Shown here in pieces: positions 35,476 through 43,882 of a stretch of DNA of 43,882 nucleotides. The position numbers were made by a program, and so were the translations under genes. Location: positions 1 through 43,882 of the forward strand of contig JACDFN010000001.1 of assembly GCA_013815775.1 (NCBI GenBank). The letters are read 5' to 3'. The stretch is from Candidatus Saccharimonadota bacterium (GTDB lineage: Bacteria > Patescibacteriota > Saccharimonadia > Saccharimonadales > UBA10212). Each line of letters begins with the position of its first letter. Positions within the stretch are counted from its first letter, which is position 1. Under the pieces are notes generated by a model. It had not been told where the DNA came from, searched no databases, and saw only the letters and a program-made list of their open reading frames with translations.

Positions 35476-37443
35476 TTATAGCACACCGGAAGTAGAGGTG
35501 TGCCAAAAAGGTAGATTAGCGTTGTTGTAGAGGACCAGATTCCCATCTGGTTGCATGATCATTCTTAAAGAGCCGCGGCCGGAGGTAGAGCTATGCCATA
35601 AAGGACGAGTAGACTTATCGTAAAGCACTAGGTTTCCATCTGGCTGCATGGCCAGGAAGGAGACCTGTTTACCGTCAGTCCCCGTTGCCCAGGTAGGCCT
35701 AGTTGGAGAATAAAGCACTAGGTTTCCATCTGGCTGCAAAATAAGACGAAAGCGCCTATCGGCAGTTTCAATACTCTGGCCTGGGTATAATCTTCCTACC
35801 CCCAAAGTAGTATTAATATACGAAAGATGGTCTGGTCTATGAATAGTATAGGAAGCCCAAACGGGAGTATTAGAAGAGTTATAAATAACCATGTTGCCAT
35901 CGGTTTGCAGTACAACTTGCGATCCGGGGTTACCAGAGGTTTCGGAGTTCCAAAGAGGAACATTGTTGAGACTATAAAGCACTAGGTTTCCATCTGGCTG
36001 CATAACTACCCGGCTAGCTCCCGCTAAGGGACCGGTGCTCCAAACAGACTTAAAGTTAGAATTAAGAGTTAGGTTGCCATCTTTTTGCAAAGTTAAAACA
36101 GTCTGAGAGTCTGGTGATAATAGATAATCGTCCTTGTTTAATATACCCCCTGAACCAAGTGTCGTATTAGTCGAGTTAGATGGACTAATGGCTGTATTGA
36201 CATTAACCGTGAAGAAAAGTCCGAGGTCGTTTAGCCATGAGCGGCCTTCAGCTACGAGGTTGTAGTACTCACTATACGTCCCAGCTGCATTTGGTGCCTG
36301 AAGAGCAAATTCAAATGTAGCGATCCCTCCGGGTGATATTGTGTTTTCCAACATTTTTGCGGCTCTGCTATTAGAGACCCAAGTTGAGTCGGCAAAAATG
36401 CCAACACTATCCATCGGTCTTGAAGCAGCAAGGTGGAAAAACGATTGATCCCAGGTTTGGGTACCCATATTACGAGCTTTAACACGGACGTAGATTTTAC
36501 CGCCCGGAACTACTGTAGGCACAGAAGTAAATGTTTGTGTTCTGGCTGAGTTGGAGTAAGCCCATTGACCCTCATATAACCAAGCCCAAGGAATGTTTGA
36601 ATTTGGCGAACCGAACCAGTCTATGTACATTCTCCAGAAGTTACGGTTACCGTATGCACCGCAACTATCACCGCTGCCGTATAAGTTATTCAAGGCCGAA
36701 ACGTTGGGCTGGTAGGGAGTGTAGTTATAGAGACCTGCGGTAGCCTGGTTTTGCATACTAACGTCTGTCCCCCCACAGCCGGCGTTAGGATTATATTGAA
36801 CGAAGCTTGTACGCCCACCGCCAAAGTTATATAGATTAGGCTGCTTAGCGTAGCGCTGGAATTGGCGCGCGGCGTTGTAGACTTGGTTAAAAAATCCATA
36901 ATACTCAGCGTCACATGGGGCAGTATCGGGACAGCCATATCCGGTTGCGCTTCTGTATTGAATGTTCCACGGCCAATCGTCGGTAACTAAACTTTGCTCT
37001 TTCTGAAGCAGCACAATCATTGCCTTAGCACTAACCCCGCAAGCTTGTGCTACGTCATAAATAATTTGTGCGGCGGACTTTGAACCCGCACTAACCGACC
37101 CGCCACAGTAAGCGTCGGGCGACTTGGCGGGTATTGCTTGGGAATAATCCTTAAGGCAAGTATAAGGCGGGGGATTTCCCCTGGAGGTTCCGTATTCGGC
37201 GCGGGTCATGCTGCCAGAGTAAATTTTTGTTCCGTTGGTGTCACAAACTGGAACTTTAGTGTTTAAGAATGTCTGAATATCACCGGGGTTCATAGTGTTA
37301 GGATTGAAAAATATAGCGTCGTCAATGATTCGGCCTGCTTGCCAATCGCTGCCTGATAAAGCTGAAGCCGGTGGACTGAAGACAAGTGCACTTAATAAAG
37401 AGATGGTGGCGACCGATAAGTAGAATTTTATGTACCGTGCCAT
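35476..37443 (-). CDS. Secreted protein: putative lysozyme-like N-domain + NBR1-like Ig domain + two bulb-type (GNA) B-lectin domains
   Basis: Signal ending ASA; LLQKEQSL..GYGCPD..GFFNQVYNAA..LYNYTPY; V.VKARNMGTQTW..AP..AGTY.E; five QxDGNxVxY motifs plus degenerate QKDGNLTLN. Confidence 0.85.
   Translation of the reverse strand: MARYIKFYLSVATISLLSALVFSPPASALSGSDWQAGRIIDDAIFFNPNTMNPGDIQTFLNTKVPVCDTNGTKIYSGSMTRAEYGTSRGNPPPYTCLKDYSQAIPAKSPDAYCGGSVSAGSKSAAQIIYDVAQACGVSAKAMIVLLQKEQSLVTDDWPWNIQYRSATGYGCPDTAPCDAEYYGFFNQVYNAARQFQRYAKQPNLYNFGGGRTSFVQYNPNAGCGGTDVSMQNQATAGLYNYTPYQPNVSALNNLYGSGDSCGAYGNRNFWRMYIDWFGSPNSNIPWAWLYEGQWAYSNSARTQTFTSVPTVVPGGKIYVRVKARNMGTQTWDQSFFHLAASRPMDSVGIFADSTWVSNSRAAKMLENTISPGGIATFEFALQAPNAAGTYSEYYNLVAEGRSWLNDLGLFFTVNVNTAISPSNSTNTTLGSGGILNKDDYLLSPDSQTVLTLQKDGNLTLNSNFKSVWSTGPLAGASRVVMQPDGNLVLYSLNNVPLWNSETSGNPGSQVVLQTDGNMVIYNSSNTPVWASYTIHRPDHLSYINTTLGVGRLYPGQSIETADRRFRLILQPDGNLVLYSPTRPTWATGTDGKQVSFLAMQPDGNLVLYDKSTRPLWHSSTSGRGSLRMIMQPDGNLVLYNNANLPFWHTSTSGVL
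35621..36002. repeat. Three identical 28-bp repeats encoding lectin sugar-binding motifs
   Basis: TAAAGCACTAGGTTTCCATCTGGCTGCA at 35621-48, 35711-38 and 35975-36002. Confidence 0.93.
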
Positions 37444-37447
37444 ATGT

Positions 37448-37987
37448 TTATACCTCTATAACCTTAGACTGGAAAGCTTCAGCTGTTGCTGACTTATAGA
37501 TAACTTTTATCGTCCAGGGGCCGCCTCCTAAAGGAGTATCCCACTCCATAGGGGCGCACTGAGTGTAGGATACGTTTTGAAAACCACTGGAAGATTTTGT
37601 TTTAACTTGAGAGCCCTGTGTGGCGGTTGCAGTGCAGGTTCCTCCTTCTTCAAATACACCTGTAACATATGCCCTTACTAAAACACCAGTTGCCTCTGTG
37701 ATTACTACAGTGGCCGGGTTTGTCTGTGATGAAGAAGGAGGGTTTTTAATTTGCTCGTCACGATTTACGATTTCTTCTTTATGTTTATTGGCTTCGTCTT
37801 TTTCCTCGTCTGTGGGGGGGTCTAGATTAACCTCTTGGCCGTCCTCTGTAATTAGCTGGGCCTGGTCGTTCAGAGGAGCCTTATTATTGCGAGCCACGGC
37901 CAAATATAAAAGCGCGGAACCTGCGATGATTATCGCCGCCGATGCCAAAAGAACCTTGCGAAGTTTTTTATTTCGAATAGTTACCAT
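37448..37987 (-). CDS. Membrane-anchored hypothetical protein (TM, charged linker, small Cys-paired beta domain)
   Basis: Basic N-terminus + TM; VNLDPPT.EE; GGTCTAT...C; 4 bp upstream of the lectin gene, likely co-transcribed. Confidence 0.75.
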   Translation of the reverse strand: MVTIRNKKLRKVLLASAAIIIAGSALLYLAVARNNKAPLNDQAQLITEDGQEVNLDPPTDEEKDEANKHKEEIVNRDEQIKNPPSSSQTNPATVVITEATGVLVRAYVTGVFEEGGTCTATATQGSQVKTKSSSGFQNVSYTQCAPMEWDTPLGGGPWTIKVIYKSATAEAFQSKVIEV

Positions 37988-38106
37988 GTTTGTTTTTAAA
38001 TTTGTACTTTTATTTTAACATAAGAATTTAATTGTAAACAAATAAGTTCTTAGGAAATTCTCACTAACTTACTAACCTCTCATATTGATATACAATAAGT
38101 ACCTAG

Positions 38107-40218
38107 ATGCAGAAGATAAATAAGGGTGGCAAAACCATGAAACAGTGGCTGGCCAAGGGATGGGTTCAGTGGCTTATAGCTGCTACCTTCTTCTTCTTGT
38201 TGTCATGGCTTTACTTGGGCAGGTCAATAACCGATTGCTCTACGTCCTCGGTAGCCTTTAACAGTGATAGTACCGGTGGCTTTGGTTGGTTTCAATGGAT
38301 AGGGGGTAATGATTTATCCTGGGACTACAGTACGAAAACGAACTTCCCATACGGAGAATCCGTTGATAGGCCGCACTTTATTACATCTACTCTAATCATT
38401 TTTATTTATAAAATTTTTGCAACTTTTACAACGCCAACTTGCGGAATAAACCTACTAATTCTATTAGGGTATATGTCTACAGCACTGGTAATGTTTGGGT
38501 TTATAAAATGGCTGCTTAGGCGCCCAGACATAGCACTTTTTGCCGGTTATGCAGCCGCTTTCGTGCCATACCATCAACTTAAATCAACCAGTCATATAAC
38601 TTACGTGTATGGCAGCTTTTTCATAGGTATTATTTGGGCGTACTTTTGGTTTATAAGTAAACCATCTTATAGGCGTGGAGCTCTGCTTGGCCTGATAGGC
38701 GCCTCTGGTTTTTACTTTGACGGCTATTTCATTTTCATCAGCGGGGTAATGCTTGGTGCTTTATTTGTCTCATCTTTCCTTGTGGATGTCTGGAGGCTGA
38801 TTTTTAATCGACGGGACACACAGAAGATCTTAAAAGCCGCCTTTATCCGTTTACGTTATCTCGCATTTTCAGCTTTAGTGCTGGCGCTTCTTCTGCTACC
38901 TATCCTCTCCACATATATAAGCCAAGGGGATTCAATAAAACAATCATTGGCAACAGCTAGGAGTAACATCAGGACTGAGACTCTTCTATACGGCTTAAGA
39001 CCGATTGAGTTTATATTACCGAGCTTTAACAATCCAATAATGTCAGATGGCTACCCTGCATGGCGGGCAACCAAATACCATGGCTCTAACTCTCACGAAG
39101 CTACTTTGTTTGTTGGGTATACTATTCTTCTACTAGGGACAATTGCCTATTTTGCTCTTTTCTTTCGTAAGGCCAGGTCTATCACCTTTAAAACACTGCA
39201 TTATCAAAATGTGGTATTTGTTATTACTCTTGTGCTCTTGGCCTCCCTCATCCTTGCTTTACCAGCGGAAGTTACGGTCTTTGGACAAGTTTTTTCAACA
39301 CCGACAGCATACTTAGTACAGCTGACTGCTAGCTGGCGTGTTCTTGCCAGACTCTTCCTTGCTATAGACCCGTTGCTGATAATGCTGGCTGCTCTAGGCC
39401 TATACGTTATCACTAAAGGTTGGAGGAAAATTTGGCAAGTGTCATTTGTGACTGTTTGCGGGGTTATACTTTTCTTCGAGTACTTGCCCTCACCACTTGG
39501 CAGCACAGGCGACTTATATAAAGACAGCCCGGAAGTTTACCGTCAACTTGCCAAAGATCCAGACGTTGATCTTATAGCCGAATACCCTTTAGCCGACTTT
39601 AGCAATTCCCCCTCCGTATTTACCTTTCAGCAAGTACATAATAAAAACCTACTAAACGGCAACGCCGCTGAAATTATTAAGGGGCCACTTCACTCCAGTA
39701 TCGCTGGTTTAAATGACCCCCAGACACTCGGGGCTTTAAAAATGATGGGCATAGACGTGGTAACTACTTATGGTTTCGACCCAAAAAATTCTGACCTAAC
39801 TGCCTATTACCCAAACAATAGAGGAAGAGGGGGCATTTTTTCATACACAATAAGCAGAAACGTGCCGCCACTTGATACGATCTTAATACTAAGCAAGGGG
39901 TACGAGTCTTTGTTTGTGGATGAACGCCAGATAAGCCATCGCGCCATAACCGGTCCGGCGACGATGAAAGTATTTAAAATTTGGTCCGGACAAGCAAGCG
40001 GTAGATACACCGTTAGTTTCAATGCGCAGGCCGTTGTTTGCGATAAGACCGCTCAAGTTACTGTAGATCAAGCCGGGAAAAACTTATGGTCTGGGAGTGT
40101 AGGAGCAGATTTGCCTGTAAATATAAGTTTTACGGCAAATGGGGACAAACCTATAAACCTGGTACCAACCTGCTCTTTAGACATTACTTTTATGAGTGCA
40201 AAGGAGTCAGCTAACTGA
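38107..40218 (+). CDS. Multi-pass membrane protein, probable GT-C fold (YfhO-like) glycosyltransferase
   Basis: About 12 TM helices; acidic DS motif after TM1, NFPYG, AAFVPYH, LFVGY, WRVLAR, AEYP, extracellular C-domain; start may be 38137. Confidence 0.68.
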   Translation: MQKINKGGKTMKQWLAKGWVQWLIAATFFFLLSWLYLGRSITDCSTSSVAFNSDSTGGFGWFQWIGGNDLSWDYSTKTNFPYGESVDRPHFITSTLIIFIYKIFATFTTPTCGINLLILLGYMSTALVMFGFIKWLLRRPDIALFAGYAAAFVPYHQLKSTSHITYVYGSFFIGIIWAYFWFISKPSYRRGALLGLIGASGFYFDGYFIFISGVMLGALFVSSFLVDVWRLIFNRRDTQKILKAAFIRLRYLAFSALVLALLLLPILSTYISQGDSIKQSLATARSNIRTETLLYGLRPIEFILPSFNNPIMSDGYPAWRATKYHGSNSHEATLFVGYTILLLGTIAYFALFFRKARSITFKTLHYQNVVFVITLVLLASLILALPAEVTVFGQVFSTPTAYLVQLTASWRVLARLFLAIDPLLIMLAALGLYVITKGWRKIWQVSFVTVCGVILFFEYLPSPLGSTGDLYKDSPEVYRQLAKDPDVDLIAEYPLADFSNSPSVFTFQQVHNKNLLNGNAAEIIKGPLHSSIAGLNDPQTLGALKMMGIDVVTTYGFDPKNSDLTAYYPNNRGRGGIFSYTISRNVPPLDTILILSKGYESLFVDERQISHRAITGPATMKVFKIWSGQASGRYTVSFNAQAVVCDKTAQVTVDQAGKNLWSGSVGADLPVNISFTANGDKPINLVPTCSLDITFMSAKESAN

Positions 40219-41336
40219 TGTTAATTTTTATATATGGAACAACAGGGGAGTTAATTAAAATAGCTCCCATCTTGAAAGCTGTTCCGCGGGAACAATATTT
40301 GTTAATAAATACGGTCCAACAGGCCAAGCAATTGCCGAAACTTCAAGCCCAACTCTTGATTAAAGACGATTTTTTATTAGCAAACGGCTATAAGGGAAGG
40401 GATCTTGAAAATTATTTTCAAGCATTGAGGTGGTTGCCTGCGGTATTTAAGAACTTCTTTAATAACCGCAAGAAAATCAAAAGGGCAATTAAGGAAAATT
40501 CATCCACCCAAAACCTTGTTCTTGTACACGGAGATACCAATACCACCGTTCTTGGAGCTGTCTTCGGTAGGCTTTTAGGGATGCCGGTAGCCCATGTAGA
40601 AGCCGGGCTGCGTAGTTTTGATATTATGCACCCGTTTCCGGAAGAGTTAAATCGAAGAATCGTCAGTCGTATTGCCAGACTTCATTTTGCACCCGGGGAT
40701 CAGCCTGTTAAAAATCTGAACAAAAACAAGGGTGTAGTTATTAATACGGCCTATAACACAGTCAAGGACAGTATCGACCTAGTGCGCCATATTGACACAA
40801 TAGAACTTCCTAAAAATCTTCCGGAACACTACGGCATAGTTTCAATACACCGCAACGAACTATTATCGGACAAGAATGGGTTAAGGGATTTTCTTAAAGT
40901 CTTAAGCGAAGGAGAACTTACAAGTAGTAATTTAATATTTCTGGAACACCCCGTTACGGCTGAGAAAATACGGGTTCTTGGATATGGCAAGTACTTGGAG
41001 TCGCCAAATATAATAAGGTTACCAAAATTGGACTACCCAACCTTCATGAAGCTACTGGGGGGAGCCAATTTTGTACTAACGGATAGTGGAGGGCTGCAAG
41101 AAGAGTGCACATACCTTAATATTCCTTGTGTTGTGCACCGCAAAGTTACCGAAAGGATGGAGGGTTTAGGAGCGAACGTCGAACTTACCGGTATGAAAGC
41201 TGAATTGGTGGCCGAAATTTTAGCAAAACTACTAAAACGGACCAGCTCAGCAAGTGCCTCAGAAAACCAAACATCCCCTACCCAGATAATTACAAATTAT
41301 CTGGGTAGGGGAGGATATATTACCCTTGCTCGCTAA
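40218..41336 (+). CDS. wecB: UDP-N-acetylglucosamine 2-epimerase-like protein (divergent)
   Basis: VHGDT, HVEAGLRSFD, PFPEELNR, TDSGGLQEE, TER.EG. Confidence 0.85.
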   Translation: MLIFIYGTTGELIKIAPILKAVPREQYLLINTVQQAKQLPKLQAQLLIKDDFLLANGYKGRDLENYFQALRWLPAVFKNFFNNRKKIKRAIKENSSTQNLVLVHGDTNTTVLGAVFGRLLGMPVAHVEAGLRSFDIMHPFPEELNRRIVSRIARLHFAPGDQPVKNLNKNKGVVINTAYNTVKDSIDLVRHIDTIELPKNLPEHYGIVSIHRNELLSDKNGLRDFLKVLSEGELTSSNLIFLEHPVTAEKIRVLGYGKYLESPNIIRLPKLDYPTFMKLLGGANFVLTDSGGLQEECTYLNIPCVVHRKVTERMEGLGANVELTGMKAELVAEILAKLLKRTSSASASENQTSPTQIITNYLGRGGYITLAR

Positions 41337-42258
41337 TTATGTAGAGTGGCCGGTTCTGGGTTTCGTTATGAATGCTTTCTACGTATAGAGCCAAAAGCCA
41401 ATTACTAATTAAAACCAGACCTACCAGTAAGCTGACAAATAGCGCCAGGAGTGCCGTGCCGGTTACTGCCAACCCCAGCGGGTCACCAAAAACATACTTC
41501 TCAACAAGTAAAAAAAGACCTGCTATAGCTGAAATGAAGGTCACTAACCCACCTAAGAAACCGATAAATCGAAGAGGTTTAGTGGTTTGGGACACAAAAG
41601 CATGTAGCGCCAATTTTACGAGCTTGTTAAATCCATATGTCGCCTTTCCGCTATGCCGAGCTTGCGCTTCAAATTCAATAAAGGTGCGTCTGTAGCCTAG
41701 CCAGTCCACCAATCCGCGGGTAATGCGACTGCGCTCGGTTAGCTTATTAAATTCATCTATTACCAACCTATCCAATAACCTAAAATCCGTCGAGCGAGGA
41801 ATTGTTTCTCCGTCACTAATTGCATTAAGCAGCTTATAAAAAACTTTGGAACCAATTTTTTTCACCAAACCTTCTTTAGCATTTGCTGTTCGTATCCCGA
41901 CTACAACCTGATATCCGGATTGCCATTTTTTTAAGAACTCACCCAAATAATCTATGGGGTGTTGGCCATCGGCATCAATCATTACTGCCGCATCGCCCTT
42001 GCATTTACTTAGTCCCGCGCTGCTTGCCGCCTCTTTACCGAAATTTCGGGAAAAAGAAATGTAGTGTACGCGTTCATCGCTCTTGGCCAGGCTTTTTATA
42101 GCATCAAGCGATTCATCTTCACTTCCATCGTCAACATAAATAATTTCAAAATCAGGTTGGAGAGTAGTTATAACGTCTGAGATTTTTTGGTGGTGCCAAG
42201 CTAAATTACCAGCCTCGCTATGCACTGGGATAATTATGCTAACTAGCTGCTTGCCCAT
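41320..42258 (-). CDS. GT2 polyprenol-phosphate glycosyltransferase (GtrB/DPM-like)
   Basis: VDDGS.D, FSRNFGKEAA, IDADGQHP, DFRLLDR, two C-terminal TM helices, RPLYII. Confidence 0.92.
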   Translation of the reverse strand: MGKQLVSIIIPVHSEAGNLAWHHQKISDVITTLQPDFEIIYVDDGSEDESLDAIKSLAKSDERVHYISFSRNFGKEAASSAGLSKCKGDAAVMIDADGQHPIDYLGEFLKKWQSGYQVVVGIRTANAKEGLVKKIGSKVFYKLLNAISDGETIPRSTDFRLLDRLVIDEFNKLTERSRITRGLVDWLGYRRTFIEFEAQARHSGKATYGFNKLVKLALHAFVSQTTKPLRFIGFLGGLVTFISAIAGLFLLVEKYVFGDPLGLAVTGTALLALFVSLLVGLVLISNWLLALYVESIHNETQNRPLYIISEQG

Positions 42259-43504
42259 GTTTGCCTACAATTCTAAAAATAGTATTAGTGATGAAGTATA
42301 TTATAACTCCTAGAATTACAGATACCCATAAGCTGACTATCATGTTTTGTGGGTTAGTGCTAAGTTGCCATGGCAAAAGGAGGCAAGGCAAAATCACCGA
42401 AAGAGCTAAAAGTAAGCTTCGTCGACTTCTAAGTATAAGCAAGTAAAAAGCGTAGAGCGTAACTGCCACAAGCGATAATTGAAACAAAGTCGCAAATATA
42501 AGGATTTGCCCCTGATTAGCAAATTCTGGTCCAAGTAATGCTTGAGTAATAAAGTTCTTAAATAGAACTTCTAGTAAAAGTGCCCCAGTTCCCATAATTA
42601 GCAGTACTTTATAGGCACTTCTTATAATTCGACGATTACTCATAGGATTATTAGGATCCATTTCAGGCAATATTATCCAAACTAACAAAAAAGATATGTA
42701 GTAAACTGCATTGCTGAGAATGCTAATTCCGCTATAGACTCCGGCAGTATGGGTGTCGAATAGGGCTTTGGCGAAAATAATATCAATGTTTTGTAAAATA
42801 CCTAGTCCTCCCACTACGATAACCGCTCCTGCAGTATAAAGAGTTAAGCTACTCAGGAATTTTCTTTCTGAATTTGTGAAGGGAGAGAACATGGAAGAAA
42901 TTTTCGGTAATTTTACTCCGGCCACCAACCGCAGAATCAGCATTCCCATGATAGTACCTATCATTACCCCCCAAAGAGCGCCTACTGTACCCCATATGGC
43001 ACCAAGTGTGACCGCCATGACAAACTTAAAAAAAGCTCCTGAAAACGCGTATACGCCTACCTGAACCAAACGCTTATGCCCCTGAAGATACCCTGTCCAT
43101 ATTACAGCTGGAATCGCCGTGATTAGAATCACAGCGAGTATTAAAAAGGTAAGGGGCTCATCAATTCTAAGCCCAGTATTAATAAGAGGTGAAAATGCCA
43201 ATACAAGTATTGTGGCGGCTATAAAAAACCAGATTAGAACTTTTTGAATTATTTGCGATTTTTCCCGGGCATCCTTCTCCGGATACTTTTTCACAAGGTA
43301 AATACTAATTATGTTGAATGCTAGTAAAATCGCCAGCACCTGATTAGATAAAGCTAAAATGACAGTGAAATTACCAAAGCTACTTGTATCTAGAACACGA
43401 GAGAGTACCGGGTAAGTAAGATAGTTGAAAAAAGCACCACCAAGGGAGAGGACAGTAAACATACTCGACCGCACATAAAAATTTGATAACTTTATTTTTA
43501 ACAT
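42239..43504 (-). CDS. Wzx/MATE-like oligosaccharide flippase
   Basis: Start reassigned to ATG 43504; ~12 TM; FNY...V.SR.L....FG, LQG, DIIFAK..F....AG.Y. Confidence 0.8.
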   Translation of the reverse strand: MLKIKLSNFYVRSSMFTVLSLGGAFFNYLTYPVLSRVLDTSSFGNFTVILALSNQVLAILLAFNIISIYLVKKYPEKDAREKSQIIQKVLIWFFIAATILVLAFSPLINTGLRIDEPLTFLILAVILITAIPAVIWTGYLQGHKRLVQVGVYAFSGAFFKFVMAVTLGAIWGTVGALWGVMIGTIMGMLILRLVAGVKLPKISSMFSPFTNSERKFLSSLTLYTAGAVIVVGGLGILQNIDIIFAKALFDTHTAGVYSGISILSNAVYYISFLLVWIILPEMDPNNPMSNRRIIRSAYKVLLIMGTGALLLEVLFKNFITQALLGPEFANQGQILIFATLFQLSLVAVTLYAFYLLILRSRRSLLLALSVILPCLLLPWQLSTNPQNMIVSLWVSVILGVIIYFITNTIFRIVGKHGQAAS

Positions 43505-43656
43505 AGGACCTACCAACCAATGATAGAGGACTTTCAATAGTTGCACAAAGTGCTGCACTGGTTGGTGTATTATGTTTGAGTAAAATAAAAGAAACACTAA
43601 GTACCTAGGTATATTCTACGAACACTGGCTAGCCATATTTTGTAAAAAGTTTGAAT

Positions 43657-43882
43657 ATGAGAATACATATTAAAGATTCGTCCTTTATTATTTCAACAAA
43701 TGGATTTGCGGACGGTCCTGCACAGGCTCTTCGAGATTATCTTCTTGATGTACCGTGCGAAACACTAACGGTGCTAAATCATCCTTTAGTAAGCGAGAAT
43801 AAAGGCGAGCATCTTGTTACGACCTATACCCGAGGTAAGGAAAAAACCGCAAAAAAATATAATCTTCCAAATAAGCCACCCT
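43657..43882 (+). CDS. Partial ORF running off the window; possibly a glycosyltransferase N-terminus
   Basis: Manual translation MRIHIKDSSFIISTNGFADGPAQALRDYLL..LNHPL.. open to the window end; glycan-cluster context. Confidence 0.6.
   Translation, partial: MRIHIKDSSFIISTNGFADGPAQALRDYLLDVPCETLTVLNHPLVSENKGEHLVTTYTRGKEKTAKKYNLPNKPP

Noticed and set aside
35621-36002. CRISPR array or DGR from the 28-bp repeats
   Set aside because: Irregular gaps (62 and 236 bp), in frame within a CDS, no cas or reverse transcriptase genes, no adenine-specific variation
35476-36165. Stand-alone LlpA bacteriocin
   Set aside because: Lectin domains are fused behind a signal peptide, an enzyme-like domain and an Ig domain; only the binding motif is shared
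447-43064. Numerous 60-156 aa antisense or alternate-frame ORFs inside assigned genes
   Set aside because: No recognisable motifs; explained as shadows of well-supported CDSs

Overview
Chromosomal window spanning the replication origin of a bacterium whose gene content and order point to Patescibacteria/CPR, most likely Saccharibacteria (inference; TGA is used as a stop, so standard code 11). Left to right: tRNA-Arg(GCG), a small membrane protein, two tRNA-Ser genes with a structured spacer, a secreted CBM/Ig/unknown-domain protein, comF and hsp20. Next comes a ~16 kb T4SS-like locus: seven VirB2-like pilins on the minus strand, divergent from extended VirB6, PrgI/VirB3, a VirB4-associated protein, VirB4, a 1086-aa membrane protein with a C-terminal M15-type Zn-peptidase motif, a lysozyme+M15 hydrolase and a beta-rich anchored protein; no relaxase, VirD4, VirB11 or integrase is in the window. 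This abuts recF-dnaN-oriC-dnaA-rpmH-rnpA-yidC-jag. The rest is a surface-glycan cluster (gmd, rmd-like, wzm/wzt, FkbM methyltransferase, GT4s, GT-C, WecB-like, GT2, flippase) containing a secreted putative muramidase-Ig-tandem B-lectin protein. Best leads: the lectin fusion inside a probable D-rhamnan locus, the disulfide-loop pilin array with mirror-image divergent promoters, and the tandem peptidoglycan-hydrolase domains of the T4SS. All assignments come from motif recognition by eye; no searches were run.
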